From the NCBI GenBank assembly GCA_035535975.1, contig DATLPC010000098.1:16859-80858 (forward strand): a stretch of DNA of 64,000 nucleotides, in the 5' to 3' direction. This document shows positions 51,428 to 59,702 of the stretch, one piece after another. A program made the position numbers and the translations under genes. This stretch comes from Gemmatimonadaceae bacterium (GTDB taxonomy: Bacteria; Gemmatimonadota; Gemmatimonadetes; Gemmatimonadales; Gemmatimonadaceae). Each line of letters begins with the position of its first letter. The first letter of the stretch is position 1. The notes under the pieces were generated by a model that had not been told where the DNA came from, searched no databases, and saw only the letters and a list, made by a program, of their open reading frames with translations.

Positions 51428-51728
51428 GGGGGAAAGGTAGGCAGGACTGACAGATAAGAGGGTCTTGCGGTCACGTGATACGGCTCACTACGTTCTTGGG
51501 CCGCGCTTAGTCCAGGCTGCTCGTCCCGCCTCAAAGCCGCTCAAGCGCTTGCATGTGACCTTTTGTCATCACCCCAGGGTTTCACGATCGACTCGCGTCC
51601 ATTTGTCTCGCCGACGCGATCGAACTGTTTTTTTGTTGCTTCGAGTACCACGGAACGCCGCCCAGTAGAGGGGCCGGCGCTCCTTCCGTTCTTTGTGCGG
51701 TCGCGTTCTCGGCGTGGCCAGGTGGTAC

Positions 51729-51748
51729 GGGGGAGGGGTGGGGAGGGG
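51729..51748 (+). other. canonical G-quadruplex motif GGGGGAGGGGTGGGGAGGGG
   Basis: Four G4+ tracts with 1-nt loops, on the coding strand 76 nt upstream of the SusC-like start. Flanked by ggtac...ggtacc. Confidence 0.7.
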
Positions 51749-51823
51749 AGCGGTACCGAGTAGTTCGTGTTCGCTTCGAAGCGCAGTTGCAGGCTGCAAT
51801 TCTTTCCTTCTCGAGGGAGCGAG

Positions 51824-54800
51824 ATGACCACCAGGATCACGACGAATCGTGCTCGTGTGTTCGTGTCAGCGCTGTTTGGGGCGCTGTTCGCGATGCCGGC
51901 GGCGGTACATGCCCAGGCACAGAGCGCGGTGATCACCGGCAAAGTGACCAGCGAATTTGGTCAGCCGATTGATCAGGCAAACGTGTACATCAACGACGTG
52001 TCGATCTCAGTACCGACAAACGCGCAAGGTGTTTACACGATCACTATCGCCGGCGCCCGTGTGCAGGGCCAGGCGGTGAACCTCCGAGTCCGCGCCATCG
52101 GCTACCAGCCGGCGGTCATTCCGATCCGCATCACCGCGGGAACCCAGACCCACGATTTCCAGCTCAAGCAGGACGTCAACCGACTGAATGAAGTCGTCGT
52201 GACGGGCGTCGTCGGCGAAGGTGTCGAGCGTGCCAAGGTGCCGTTCGCCATCGGCCGAATCACGTCCGAGGACCTCCCTGTCCCGGCGCTCGATCCGGTC
52301 CAGGCGCTCGCCGGGAAGGTTGCCGGCGTCCGCATCGGCCAGACCAGCGGTGCCCCGGGCTCCACGCCCGAGATCATGCTCCGCGCTCCGACGTCGATCA
52401 ACGCGGATGGCCGTGGTCAAGGCCCGTTGTTCGTCGTTGATGGCGCGGTGCTCAACGTCGGCAGCTTCGACGAGCTTGGCGGTCTCGATATCGAGTCGGT
52501 CGAAGTCGTGAAGGGTGCCGCCGGCGCCTCGATCTACGGCGCGACGGCCGCTCACGGCGTCATCGTCATCAAGACCAAGCGCGGCGCGAACCGCGACGGC
52601 GTCACCTTCACGGGCCGCACCGAATACGGCTTCAGCGATCTGAATAGCTTCGACTACGGCATGCCGCTCAACCACCAGATCCAGCTCGATGAAACCGGCA
52701 CGCGTTTCTGCACCAACGGCGCCGGCGCCACCGCGGCCTGCTCGCGCTCCGTGAACTGGATGTCGGAAGTCTTCCGCATCAACAGCATCGCGACCGACAC
52801 GGTCCGCACCGGCTTCGGCCTCCAGTTTGGTCAGCCCAGCGGCGCCGACCTGCTCAACATCTTCCAGGCCAACATCTGGCCCGGCCAGTACTACAACACC
52901 ATGGCCCAGATGTCGTCGAACGGCGTCCTCGCGCTGCACTCGCTCGATGCGACCGGCCGCGTCGGCGGCGTTCGCTACTATGCCAGCGGCGCGTACACGG
53001 ACGACAAGGGCGCCATTCGCGAGTTCACCGGCCAGCAGAACCGCCGCGCCCGGGTGAACCTCGACTACGACGTTCGGTCGAACGCCAACGTCTCGATAAG
53101 CACGATGTACGATCGGGCGACGCTCGACCTGCACAACGCCAACTTCGGTCAGCTCCTGCGCGGCGCCACGCCGGGCACGAACTACCTCGCCCGCGACACG
53201 CTGGGCCGCCCGATCCTCAACGGCTTCGGTCCGACGTCGCGCCCGACGGGTAACGGCAACGGCGGTTTCGTCTACAACCAGGAAAACGAGATCAACTATC
53301 AAGTCTCGGATCGCTTCCTGAGCAGCGCGACGGCGAACTACTTCCCGGCTGATTGGGTCACCTTCGACGGCACGCTCGGTTACGACAATCGCACGCGAAA
53401 CGCCAAGGATTTCTTCCCGAAGGGCTATCGCACCACGACCGTCAACACCGCCGCCAACTTCGGAAACGCGAACGTCAGCAACCGGCGCGAAGAGGCTCTG
53501 AACACGGCCATTGGCGCGACCTTCCGACACCAGTTCTCGGCTGACCTCAACGCCAAGCTCCAGACCCGCGGCACGTTTGAGGAGGATGTCCTGCACACGG
53601 ACGTTGGTCGCGGCCAGCAGTTCGTCGTGAAAGACGTCTTCACCCTCAGCAATACCAGCACGCAGTTTAGCGTTGGCTCGAGCGAGCAGACCATCAAACG
53701 GATGGGCTTCTTCGCCGGCACGAATTTCGAGTACAAGAACCGCTACATCATCGACGGCACGTACCGCTACGACGGCTCGTCCTTGTTCGGCTCCGGCAAC
53801 CGTTGGGCGCCGTTCGGCCGCGTGTCCGGCGTGTGGCGTCTGTCCGAGGAGCCGTGGTTCCACCTGCCGCACATCAGCGACTTCCGCCTCCGTGCGTCTG
53901 ACGGTACGGCCGGTAACTCGCCGCAGTTCGTCGCGCAATACGAGACGTACAGCTGCTCGGCCACCGGCTGCTCACTTGGCCAGGCCGGCAACTCGAAGCT
54001 CAAGCCGGAAACGACGCGCGAGATCGAGGCCGGCGCTGACCTTACCCTGTTCGACCGCCTCGGCATCGAGTTCACGCACGTGAACGCCAAGACGAACAAT
54101 CAGATTCTGCCGGTTCCGACGCAGGCCTCCCTCGGCTTCGCGACGCAGTGGCAGAACGCCGGTACGCTCGAGAGCAGCACGTGGGAATTGGCCGCGACGC
54201 TTCCCGTCTTGAACAAGCGCAACTTCAGCTGGACGATGCGCGGCACGTGGGACAAGTCGAAGTCGTTCATCACGGAGCTGTTCGAGCCCGAGTTCTTCAC
54301 GAACGGTGGTACGGGCCAGGGCACCGGCAACTTCTTCTTCATGACGGCGGACAAGACGAAGATGGACGGCTTCCAGCGCAACCAGTATGGCTTGGTCTGG
54401 GGTCGCGAGTTCTACAAGGGCTGCGGCATGATGCCCTCGTCGCTGCAGGCGCAGTGCGGCGACGGCAAGGCCTTCCAGGTCAACGACAAGGGTTACGTCG
54501 TGTGGGTCGGCGCGGGCAACAGCTGGCGCGACGGCATCACGAAGAACCTCTGGCAGACGAAGCTCCCGGCCTCGCAGTCGCCGTGGAACGTTCCGATCCA
54601 GTTCGGCATGCCGATCATCGATCGTCCGCTTGCCGGAACCTCCTGCTCGGCGCTCGCACCGCTGTCCTGCCCGGGTGAAGGCGTCGGCGCCCTGCACATT
54701 CTTGGCAGCGCGCTTCCCGACTTCCGCCTGACCTGGAACAACACGATTCAGTTCAAGCGCCTGACCGCCTACGTCCTGCTCGATGGCACGTACGGTCACG

Positions 54801-55231
54801 TCATCAACAACCAGGGCGAGCAGTGGGGCTTGCTCGACTTCAGCTCGCACAACTTCGACCAGGGCGACAACAACGTCGAGACGGCGAAACCGACCGGCTA
54901 CAGCTGGCGCGTCGGTCCGCCCGAATCGAGCGGCGCGGGCGGCTTCTACGACGTGCTTGGCCCGACGAACTACAGCGTCGAGAAGGGCACCTTCACGAAG
55001 ATTCGCGAAGCGAGCCTCACGTACCACGTCGGTGCGCTCAAGGGTCTGTTCGGCGATTGGACCGCGGGCGTCGTGGGCCGCAACCTGTACACCTTCACGA
55101 ACTACAGCGGATACGATCCAGAAACTGGGGCCGGCGCGGGCACAACGGGCTCTGGTCTCATCAACCAGACCGACGCGTTCGGCTATCCGACGCTGCGTCG
55201 CTACACGTTCTCTCTCTCCACGCGCTTCTAG
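51824..55231 (+). CDS. SusC/RagA-family TonB-dependent outer-membrane receptor
   Basis: 1135 aa. Signal peptide, CarboxypepD_reg domain (VITGKVTSEFGQPIDQANVYI), TonB-box-like NEVVVTG, Plug (IESVEVVKGAAGASIYGATAAHGVIVIKTKRG), long barrel and C-terminal ...YTFSLSTRF. ATG 51824 follows GAGGGAG. Confidence 0.9.
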   Translation: MTTRITTNRARVFVSALFGALFAMPAAVHAQAQSAVITGKVTSEFGQPIDQANVYINDVSISVPTNAQGVYTITIAGARVQGQAVNLRVRAIGYQPAVIPIRITAGTQTHDFQLKQDVNRLNEVVVTGVVGEGVERAKVPFAIGRITSEDLPVPALDPVQALAGKVAGVRIGQTSGAPGSTPEIMLRAPTSINADGRGQGPLFVVDGAVLNVGSFDELGGLDIESVEVVKGAAGASIYGATAAHGVIVIKTKRGANRDGVTFTGRTEYGFSDLNSFDYGMPLNHQIQLDETGTRFCTNGAGATAACSRSVNWMSEVFRINSIATDTVRTGFGLQFGQPSGADLLNIFQANIWPGQYYNTMAQMSSNGVLALHSLDATGRVGGVRYYASGAYTDDKGAIREFTGQQNRRARVNLDYDVRSNANVSISTMYDRATLDLHNANFGQLLRGATPGTNYLARDTLGRPILNGFGPTSRPTGNGNGGFVYNQENEINYQVSDRFLSSATANYFPADWVTFDGTLGYDNRTRNAKDFFPKGYRTTTVNTAANFGNANVSNRREEALNTAIGATFRHQFSADLNAKLQTRGTFEEDVLHTDVGRGQQFVVKDVFTLSNTSTQFSVGSSEQTIKRMGFFAGTNFEYKNRYIIDGTYRYDGSSLFGSGNRWAPFGRVSGVWRLSEEPWFHLPHISDFRLRASDGTAGNSPQFVAQYETYSCSATGCSLGQAGNSKLKPETTREIEAGADLTLFDRLGIEFTHVNAKTNNQILPVPTQASLGFATQWQNAGTLESSTWELAATLPVLNKRNFSWTMRGTWDKSKSFITELFEPEFFTNGGTGQGTGNFFFMTADKTKMDGFQRNQYGLVWGREFYKGCGMMPSSLQAQCGDGKAFQVNDKGYVVWVGAGNSWRDGITKNLWQTKLPASQSPWNVPIQFGMPIIDRPLAGTSCSALAPLSCPGEGVGALHILGSALPDFRLTWNNTIQFKRLTAYVLLDGTYGHVINNQGEQWGLLDFSSHNFDQGDNNVETAKPTGYSWRVGPPESSGAGGFYDVLGPTNYSVEKGTFTKIREASLTYHVGALKGLFGDWTAGVVGRNLYTFTNYSGYDPETGAGAGTTGSGLINQTDAFGYPTLRRYTFSLSTRF

Positions 55232-55244
55232 GAGCTGTAGATAA

Positions 55245-56978
55245 ATGAGACGGAATTTCCTACCCTACGTCGCGCTGCTGGCGGCGTTCGGCCTCGGCGC
55301 GTGTGATGACAAATCGCTCGAGGTAACGAACCCGAACTCCGGTGAAACGCAGCGCGTGCTCGGCACGCCGGACGACGCCGAGAAGCTGCTTGGCAGCTAT
55401 TACAAGCGTTGGAACGCGGGGTTGTACGGAGGCGCCAATCCGGCGCCTCCGGGAACCCTGGAAGGCATGGCCAACATCATGTCCTTCCAGAACTACTCGA
55501 GCCTGAACAACGAGTGCCAGAACTCCCGGTATCCGTTCTCAGGTGCCGCGAACACTAACGCGGTTGGCAACAACTGCGGCGGTGACAACTCGAGCACGTT
55601 CAACATCGAGAGCGAAGTTGTTCGCGTCGCCTCGAACTTCCTCACGAACCTCGAGAGCGGCGACCTGAAGTTTACGAGCGCCGCCCGCGAAGCACGTGAC
55701 AAGGCCTTCGCCGAATTCCTGCGCGGCATGTCGCTTGGCTATCTGTCGCTGATCTACGACTCGTCGGCCGTCGTCACCGTCGGTCAGGCGGGTGATGATC
55801 CGGGCAAGCTTCGCGACTATAAAGAGGTCATGGACTCGGCGTACGCCGCGCTCCAGCGAGCGATCGATTACTCGACCGCGTCTGGTGCGGCAGCCGGCGA
55901 CCAGGGCTTCCCGATTCCGAATACCTGGATTCCGACGCCGTCGGCGCTCAGCGCGGCGGAGTTCATCAAGCTCATTCGCTCGTACCGCGCGATGTTCCGC
56001 GCGCAGATCGCCCGCACGCCCGCTGAACGCGCCGCGGCGAACTGGGACCTGATCATTGCTGATGCGCAGGCTGGCATCACGGCCGATCACAACATCGTGA
56101 CCAGCACGACGAACGGCCCGGGTGGTGGATGGCGCCGCATTTACGACGGCGGCACCACGTGGCATCAAATGCCGGCGTTCATCATCGGCATGGGCGACGT
56201 CTCCGGCAACTACCTCACGTGGCTGCAAACGCCGGTGAACGATCGCGGCAACGGCAACGTCGGCTTCTTCATGGTGACGCCCGACCTGCGCTTCCCGCAG
56301 GGCGCGTCGCGCGCGGCGCAGCAGGCGGACTTCGACAAGACCAGCTGCGAAGTGCCGGGCGGACAGGTGAACTTCTCCTGCCGGCGCTACTTCACCAACC
56401 GCCCGACGGGTTCTGACCAGTACAGTGGAAATGGTTGGGGATGGTCGAACTACGACTTCAACCGCTTCCACTGGTGGGCCACGAAGGGCGACGCCGGTTC
56501 GTCGTATAACGGCACGATCGTCTACTATCCGAAGACGGCGCTCGACATGCTTCAGGCCGAGGGTTTGATCCGAAAGGGACAAATCTCCGCGGCCGCGGCG
56601 CTCATCAACGTCTCGCGTACGAAGAACGGCCTGCCGGCCATCACCGACTTCACGGCGGGCGCTCCGGTTCCCGGTGGCGCAAACTGTGTTCCGAAGAAGC
56701 CGTTCGGCAACGGAGCGGGTGCGACGGTCACTTGTGGCGACATCCTGGAAGCCATGAAGTGGGAGTCGCGCATGGAGAACGCCTTCGTGCAGTTCGCGAA
56801 CTGGTGGCTCAATGCCCGCGGCTGGGGCGACTTGGCCAGCGATCTCCCGCTCTTCTGGGCGGTGCCGTATCAGGAACTGCAGGCCCGCGGTTACGCGGCG
56901 TCGGCGATCTATGGCGCTGGAGTTGGCGCGGGCAACGCGCCCAACTCGGCGTCGGCCAAGGGCACCTACGGCTGGTAA
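55245..56978 (+). CDS. SusD/RagB-family outer-membrane lipoprotein
   Basis: 577 aa with lipobox LGAC. Lies directly downstream of the SusC-like gene. Helical TPR-like N-terminal half typical of SusD. Confidence 0.8.
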   Translation: MRRNFLPYVALLAAFGLGACDDKSLEVTNPNSGETQRVLGTPDDAEKLLGSYYKRWNAGLYGGANPAPPGTLEGMANIMSFQNYSSLNNECQNSRYPFSGAANTNAVGNNCGGDNSSTFNIESEVVRVASNFLTNLESGDLKFTSAAREARDKAFAEFLRGMSLGYLSLIYDSSAVVTVGQAGDDPGKLRDYKEVMDSAYAALQRAIDYSTASGAAAGDQGFPIPNTWIPTPSALSAAEFIKLIRSYRAMFRAQIARTPAERAAANWDLIIADAQAGITADHNIVTSTTNGPGGGWRRIYDGGTTWHQMPAFIIGMGDVSGNYLTWLQTPVNDRGNGNVGFFMVTPDLRFPQGASRAAQQADFDKTSCEVPGGQVNFSCRRYFTNRPTGSDQYSGNGWGWSNYDFNRFHWWATKGDAGSSYNGTIVYYPKTALDMLQAEGLIRKGQISAAAALINVSRTKNGLPAITDFTAGAPVPGGANCVPKKPFGNGAGATVTCGDILEAMKWESRMENAFVQFANWWLNARGWGDLASDLPLFWAVPYQELQARGYAASAIYGAGVGAGNAPNSASAKGTYGW

Positions 56979-56987
56979 CGGAGAATC

Positions 56988-57461
56988 GTGTTCGCAGCAG
57001 CTGTTCGATTGGCGGGTGTCGCACTCGCAACGACTCTGGTGGGTTGCTACACGCTGCAACCCATCAGAGGCCCGGTGCCTGAAGTCGGCGCCGTGGTGGG
57101 ACTGGACATCAACGATGCAGGCCGGGTCGCGCTTGGCGGTGCGGTGGGTCCCGAGATCGACCAGGTCGAGGGCCGACTGCTCTCCAAGGACAGCAGCGGG
57201 TACTTGGTAGGTGTTACCTCGCTGCACCTGCTGCGGGGTGGCGAACAAGTGTGGCACGGCGAGCAAGTGCAAGTGAAAAAGGAATACGTGGTGTCGGTGT
57301 ACGAGCGACGATTTTCGCCGAGTCGCTCGGCGGCACTCGCGGCTGTAGGGATCGGAGCGGTCGCTCTCATTGCAAGTCGGTCGCTTTTCCCATCAGGCTC
57401 GATCAATCAACCGATTGGGCCTGATAGCTCTGGGACTTCAAATCGACGTCGGCGGCCTTAA
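56988..57461 (+). CDS. hypothetical lipoprotein with a C-terminal hydrophobic helix
   Basis: GTG start. Lipobox LVGC, a small beta-rich domain, then AALAAVGIGAVALIA and a basic tail. Confidence 0.5.
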   Translation: MFAAAVRLAGVALATTLVGCYTLQPIRGPVPEVGAVVGLDINDAGRVALGGAVGPEIDQVEGRLLSKDSSGYLVGVTSLHLLRGGEQVWHGEQVQVKKEYVVSVYERRFSPSRSAALAAVGIGAVALIASRSLFPSGSINQPIGPDSSGTSNRRRRP

Positions 57462-57498
57462 GCCGTTGTCCGGCGTTCAACCTCGAGGGAGCACCAAC

Positions 57499-58401
57499 AT
57501 GCGAAGGCTTTTCCAACTTTCGACGCTTGTTCTTGCCGCTGGCGTCGTGAGTGCCTGTAGTCCCGACGACGTCGTCGATTCGCCGGTGGGTCCGACGGCG
57601 GGCGTCCGGTTCATCAACGCGGTCCCGGATACCGGCGCGGCGTTCGGACTCGACTTCCGCTTCGTGGATATCGTCGAGAACAGCGCGGCGTTCCGCATCC
57701 CGTTCCGAAACGGTCCGCAGAACACCGTCATTCGGGCCGGCGATACGGTCACCGCGTCCGCCTTGATTCAGTACAAGGCGGCCAAGGCCGGTTCACGCCA
57801 TTTCAAGATCTTCCTCGACGATACGCTCCAAAACGTCGCGTCGGTGGCGCTCAAGGATTCGACGGTGGACCTCACCGCGGGGCACAACTACACGTTCCTC
57901 CTCTGGGGCAACGCGCGGTCGACCGGCTCGGACAAGATGCGTTTGACCGTGATCGACGAAACCGTCGCCGACCCCGGCTCGAGCGTGGCGCTTCGCGTCA
58001 TCAACGCGAGCGGCGCCGCGATCGACGTACGCCACTACGCCTCGACGCTTCCCGCGGGAGCGACGTGGGCGAACGTGGCCGCCTATAGCGTCTCGAGCTA
58101 TGTGACGGCCGCGCCGGCGCAGTACAAGTTCAACGTTCAACCGGCTGGTGGCGGTACGGTGCTGTTCAACGATCGCGTCGCTCTGCCCGGCCAGCCGATC
58201 GGCACGGTCACCGCTGGTTGCACGGTGGGTATCGATTGCGAGGCGACCCCTGGCACGCTCGTTCCTGGGTCTGCCGTGACGCTCATCGTGTTCCCGCGCT
58301 CGGTCGCCGGCAGCAAAGCGGCGAACTTCACGACGCCGGGCGGTTCGTTCATGTGGGATCGTCGTCCGCCTCGTACTTGCACGGTTTCGTTCGGCTGCTA
58401 G
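57499..58401 (+). CDS. DUF4397-domain lipoprotein
   Basis: MRRLFQLSTLVLAAGVVSAC (lipobox). Repeated VRFINAVPD... / LRVINASGAAIDV... modules typical of DUF4397. ATG follows GAGGGAG. Confidence 0.6.
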   Translation: MRRLFQLSTLVLAAGVVSACSPDDVVDSPVGPTAGVRFINAVPDTGAAFGLDFRFVDIVENSAAFRIPFRNGPQNTVIRAGDTVTASALIQYKAAKAGSRHFKIFLDDTLQNVASVALKDSTVDLTAGHNYTFLLWGNARSTGSDKMRLTVIDETVADPGSSVALRVINASGAAIDVRHYASTLPAGATWANVAAYSVSSYVTAAPAQYKFNVQPAGGGTVLFNDRVALPGQPIGTVTAGCTVGIDCEATPGTLVPGSAVTLIVFPRSVAGSKAANFTTPGGSFMWDRRPPRTCTVSFGC

Positions 58402-58434
58402 GCACTCGGGCGCGGTTGCAAATAGTTTTCACGT

Positions 58435-58462
58435 GGGCCGCTGGGTAGCTACCCGGCGGCCC
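58435..58462. terminator. 28-nt near-perfect GC palindrome after the DUF4397 gene
   Basis: gggccgctgggtag/ctacccggcggccc (one G-T pair). There is no T-run, so its function as a terminator is uncertain. Confidence 0.35.
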
Positions 58463-58484
58463 ACGGCCTATTCAATCACATGAC

Positions 58485-58919
58485 ATGCGGTTGCTGACGA
58501 GGAGTTTGTTCCCGCTCATGCTGATCGGACTGTCGGCCTGCGCCGGCGCGGCCTCGGGCGCGCAGCGCGACCATCGGCCGGAGCCGCAGCACGACGTGTT
58601 GACTCGGGACGAGATTCTCGCCTCGACCGCGAACACGGGCGATCTGCTGCGAGCCATTCAGAGTCTGCGCCCAAACTTTCTCGTCACCCACAACAGCGCC
58701 CATTCGCAGCGCTCAGCCGCGGCGCTGCCGATCGCGGTCTACATCGGCCAGATGCGGCAGACGGGTCTCGATGCGCTCAAGTCGATCAGCGCGGCGAACG
58801 TGGCCGAGGTGAAATACCTCGACCCCACCGCCGCGCAAAACCAATTTGGTTTTGGCGCGACTGGCGGGGCACTTGTCGTGAAGCTCTACGAGAAACCGAA
58901 GGACCCTGACGGCGCTTAA
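58485..58919 (+). CDS. lipoprotein consisting of a stand-alone TonB-receptor Plug-like domain
   Basis: Lipobox LSAC. LTRDEILASTANTGDLLRAIQSLRPNFLV...IAVYIGQMRQTGLDALKSISAANVAEVKYLDPTAAQNQFGFGATGGALVVKLYEK follows the Plug pattern. Confidence 0.5.
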   Translation: MRLLTRSLFPLMLIGLSACAGAASGAQRDHRPEPQHDVLTRDEILASTANTGDLLRAIQSLRPNFLVTHNSAHSQRSAAALPIAVYIGQMRQTGLDALKSISAANVAEVKYLDPTAAQNQFGFGATGGALVVKLYEKPKDPDGA

Positions 58920-59470
58920 CCGCGTCCGCCGCCGAGCTTCTCGCGAACCATGTCGTCAGCCTCTTCCTTCTGCTTCGTCAGAAGGTCGGTGGCGGTCTTC
59001 CGCTGCGTCTCGTCGAGGATTGCCATCGCATCGGTAGCCGATGACTCGTAGTTGCCGCGGATCGTTCCGACGACCGCGGTGAGCCCGCGGCGCGCGTTCA
59101 TCATGCGATCGCGTTCATCGTCTTTCGGATCGCCCGAGTGAAGGGGGGGCTGGGCCAATCGCTTCAGTGAATCGAGCGCCTTGAAGGACGGCTCGTTGGC
59201 GTCCTTCACCTTCCCCTCGAGCTCCTTGAGCTTATTGACTTGATCGTCGGAGAGTTTCAGGTCCTTCTTCTTGTCGAGCAACAGCTTGACGGGGCTGGTG
59301 TTCTCGAGATCACCCTTCGAGAGCTTTACACCCTTATTGGCGTTTTCGACGGAGTTCCAATCGGCTTTCGGATCGCCGCGAACGCGGCCGCTACTCCCGC
59401 CTCCGCGCTGAGCCAGAGCGACCGTGGGAACGAGAACGAGAGAAAACAGAGCAACCTTGGTGGGACGCAT
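58916..59470 (-). CDS. secreted helical protein with LTxxQ-like motifs (Spy/CpxP-like)
   Basis: Signal peptide MRPTKVALFSLVLVPTVALAQ. Charged helical sequence with LSDDQVNKL and LDETQRKTA. Confidence 0.4.
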   Translation of the reverse strand: MRPTKVALFSLVLVPTVALAQRGGGSSGRVRGDPKADWNSVENANKGVKLSKGDLENTSPVKLLLDKKKDLKLSDDQVNKLKELEGKVKDANEPSFKALDSLKRLAQPPLHSGDPKDDERDRMMNARRGLTAVVGTIRGNYESSATDAMAILDETQRKTATDLLTKQKEEADDMVREKLGGGRG

Positions 59471-59557
59471 AGTGTTGACTCCGGGTGGGTTGGCCGGGTT
59501 GGAGAGAACCCCCTCAACCTATTTAGCGTTTTCCCCAAGAAAACGTTGAGCGCGCCG

Positions 59558-59621
59558 AGCGTAAGACGGAGTCGAACCGCCGGCTGGGTGTGTCCGACCC
59601 CCGACGAATAAATCTTGCGCC
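59558..59621 (-). other. tRNA-derived fragment / degenerate tRNA-like element
   Basis: Minus strand has a canonical T-arm ggcgg-ttcgact-ccgtc (59565-59581) and a 6/7-paired acceptor-like stem ggcgcaa/ttacgct. Only 33 nt lie between them (41 expected). The anticodon-like stem is 4 bp and position 33 is G, so this is not a functional tRNA. Confidence 0.3.
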
Positions 59622-59702
59622 CTCGCGCGCCGGAGTGCATACAATAATTGCCCGGGCTTACCCGGGATGCCGGATCGGTCCCACCTCTGACCGAAACCAC
59701 TG

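Noticed and set aside
51428-51823. Cobalamin or TPP riboswitch upstream of the TonB-dependent receptor
   Set aside because: I could not find a B12-box-like or TPP (CUGAGA...ACCUGAU) core by eye. The receptor is SusC-type and paired with SusD, which is not the usual riboswitch-controlled class. A covariance-model scan would be needed to exclude it formally.
59558-59621. A functional tRNA gene or tmRNA tRNA-like domain
   Set aside because: The D-arm is missing, the anticodon stem has only 4 bp, position 33 is not U, and one acceptor pair is mismatched. There is no tmRNA-like G3-U70, resume codon or tag ORF. It is kept only as a tRNA-derived fragment.
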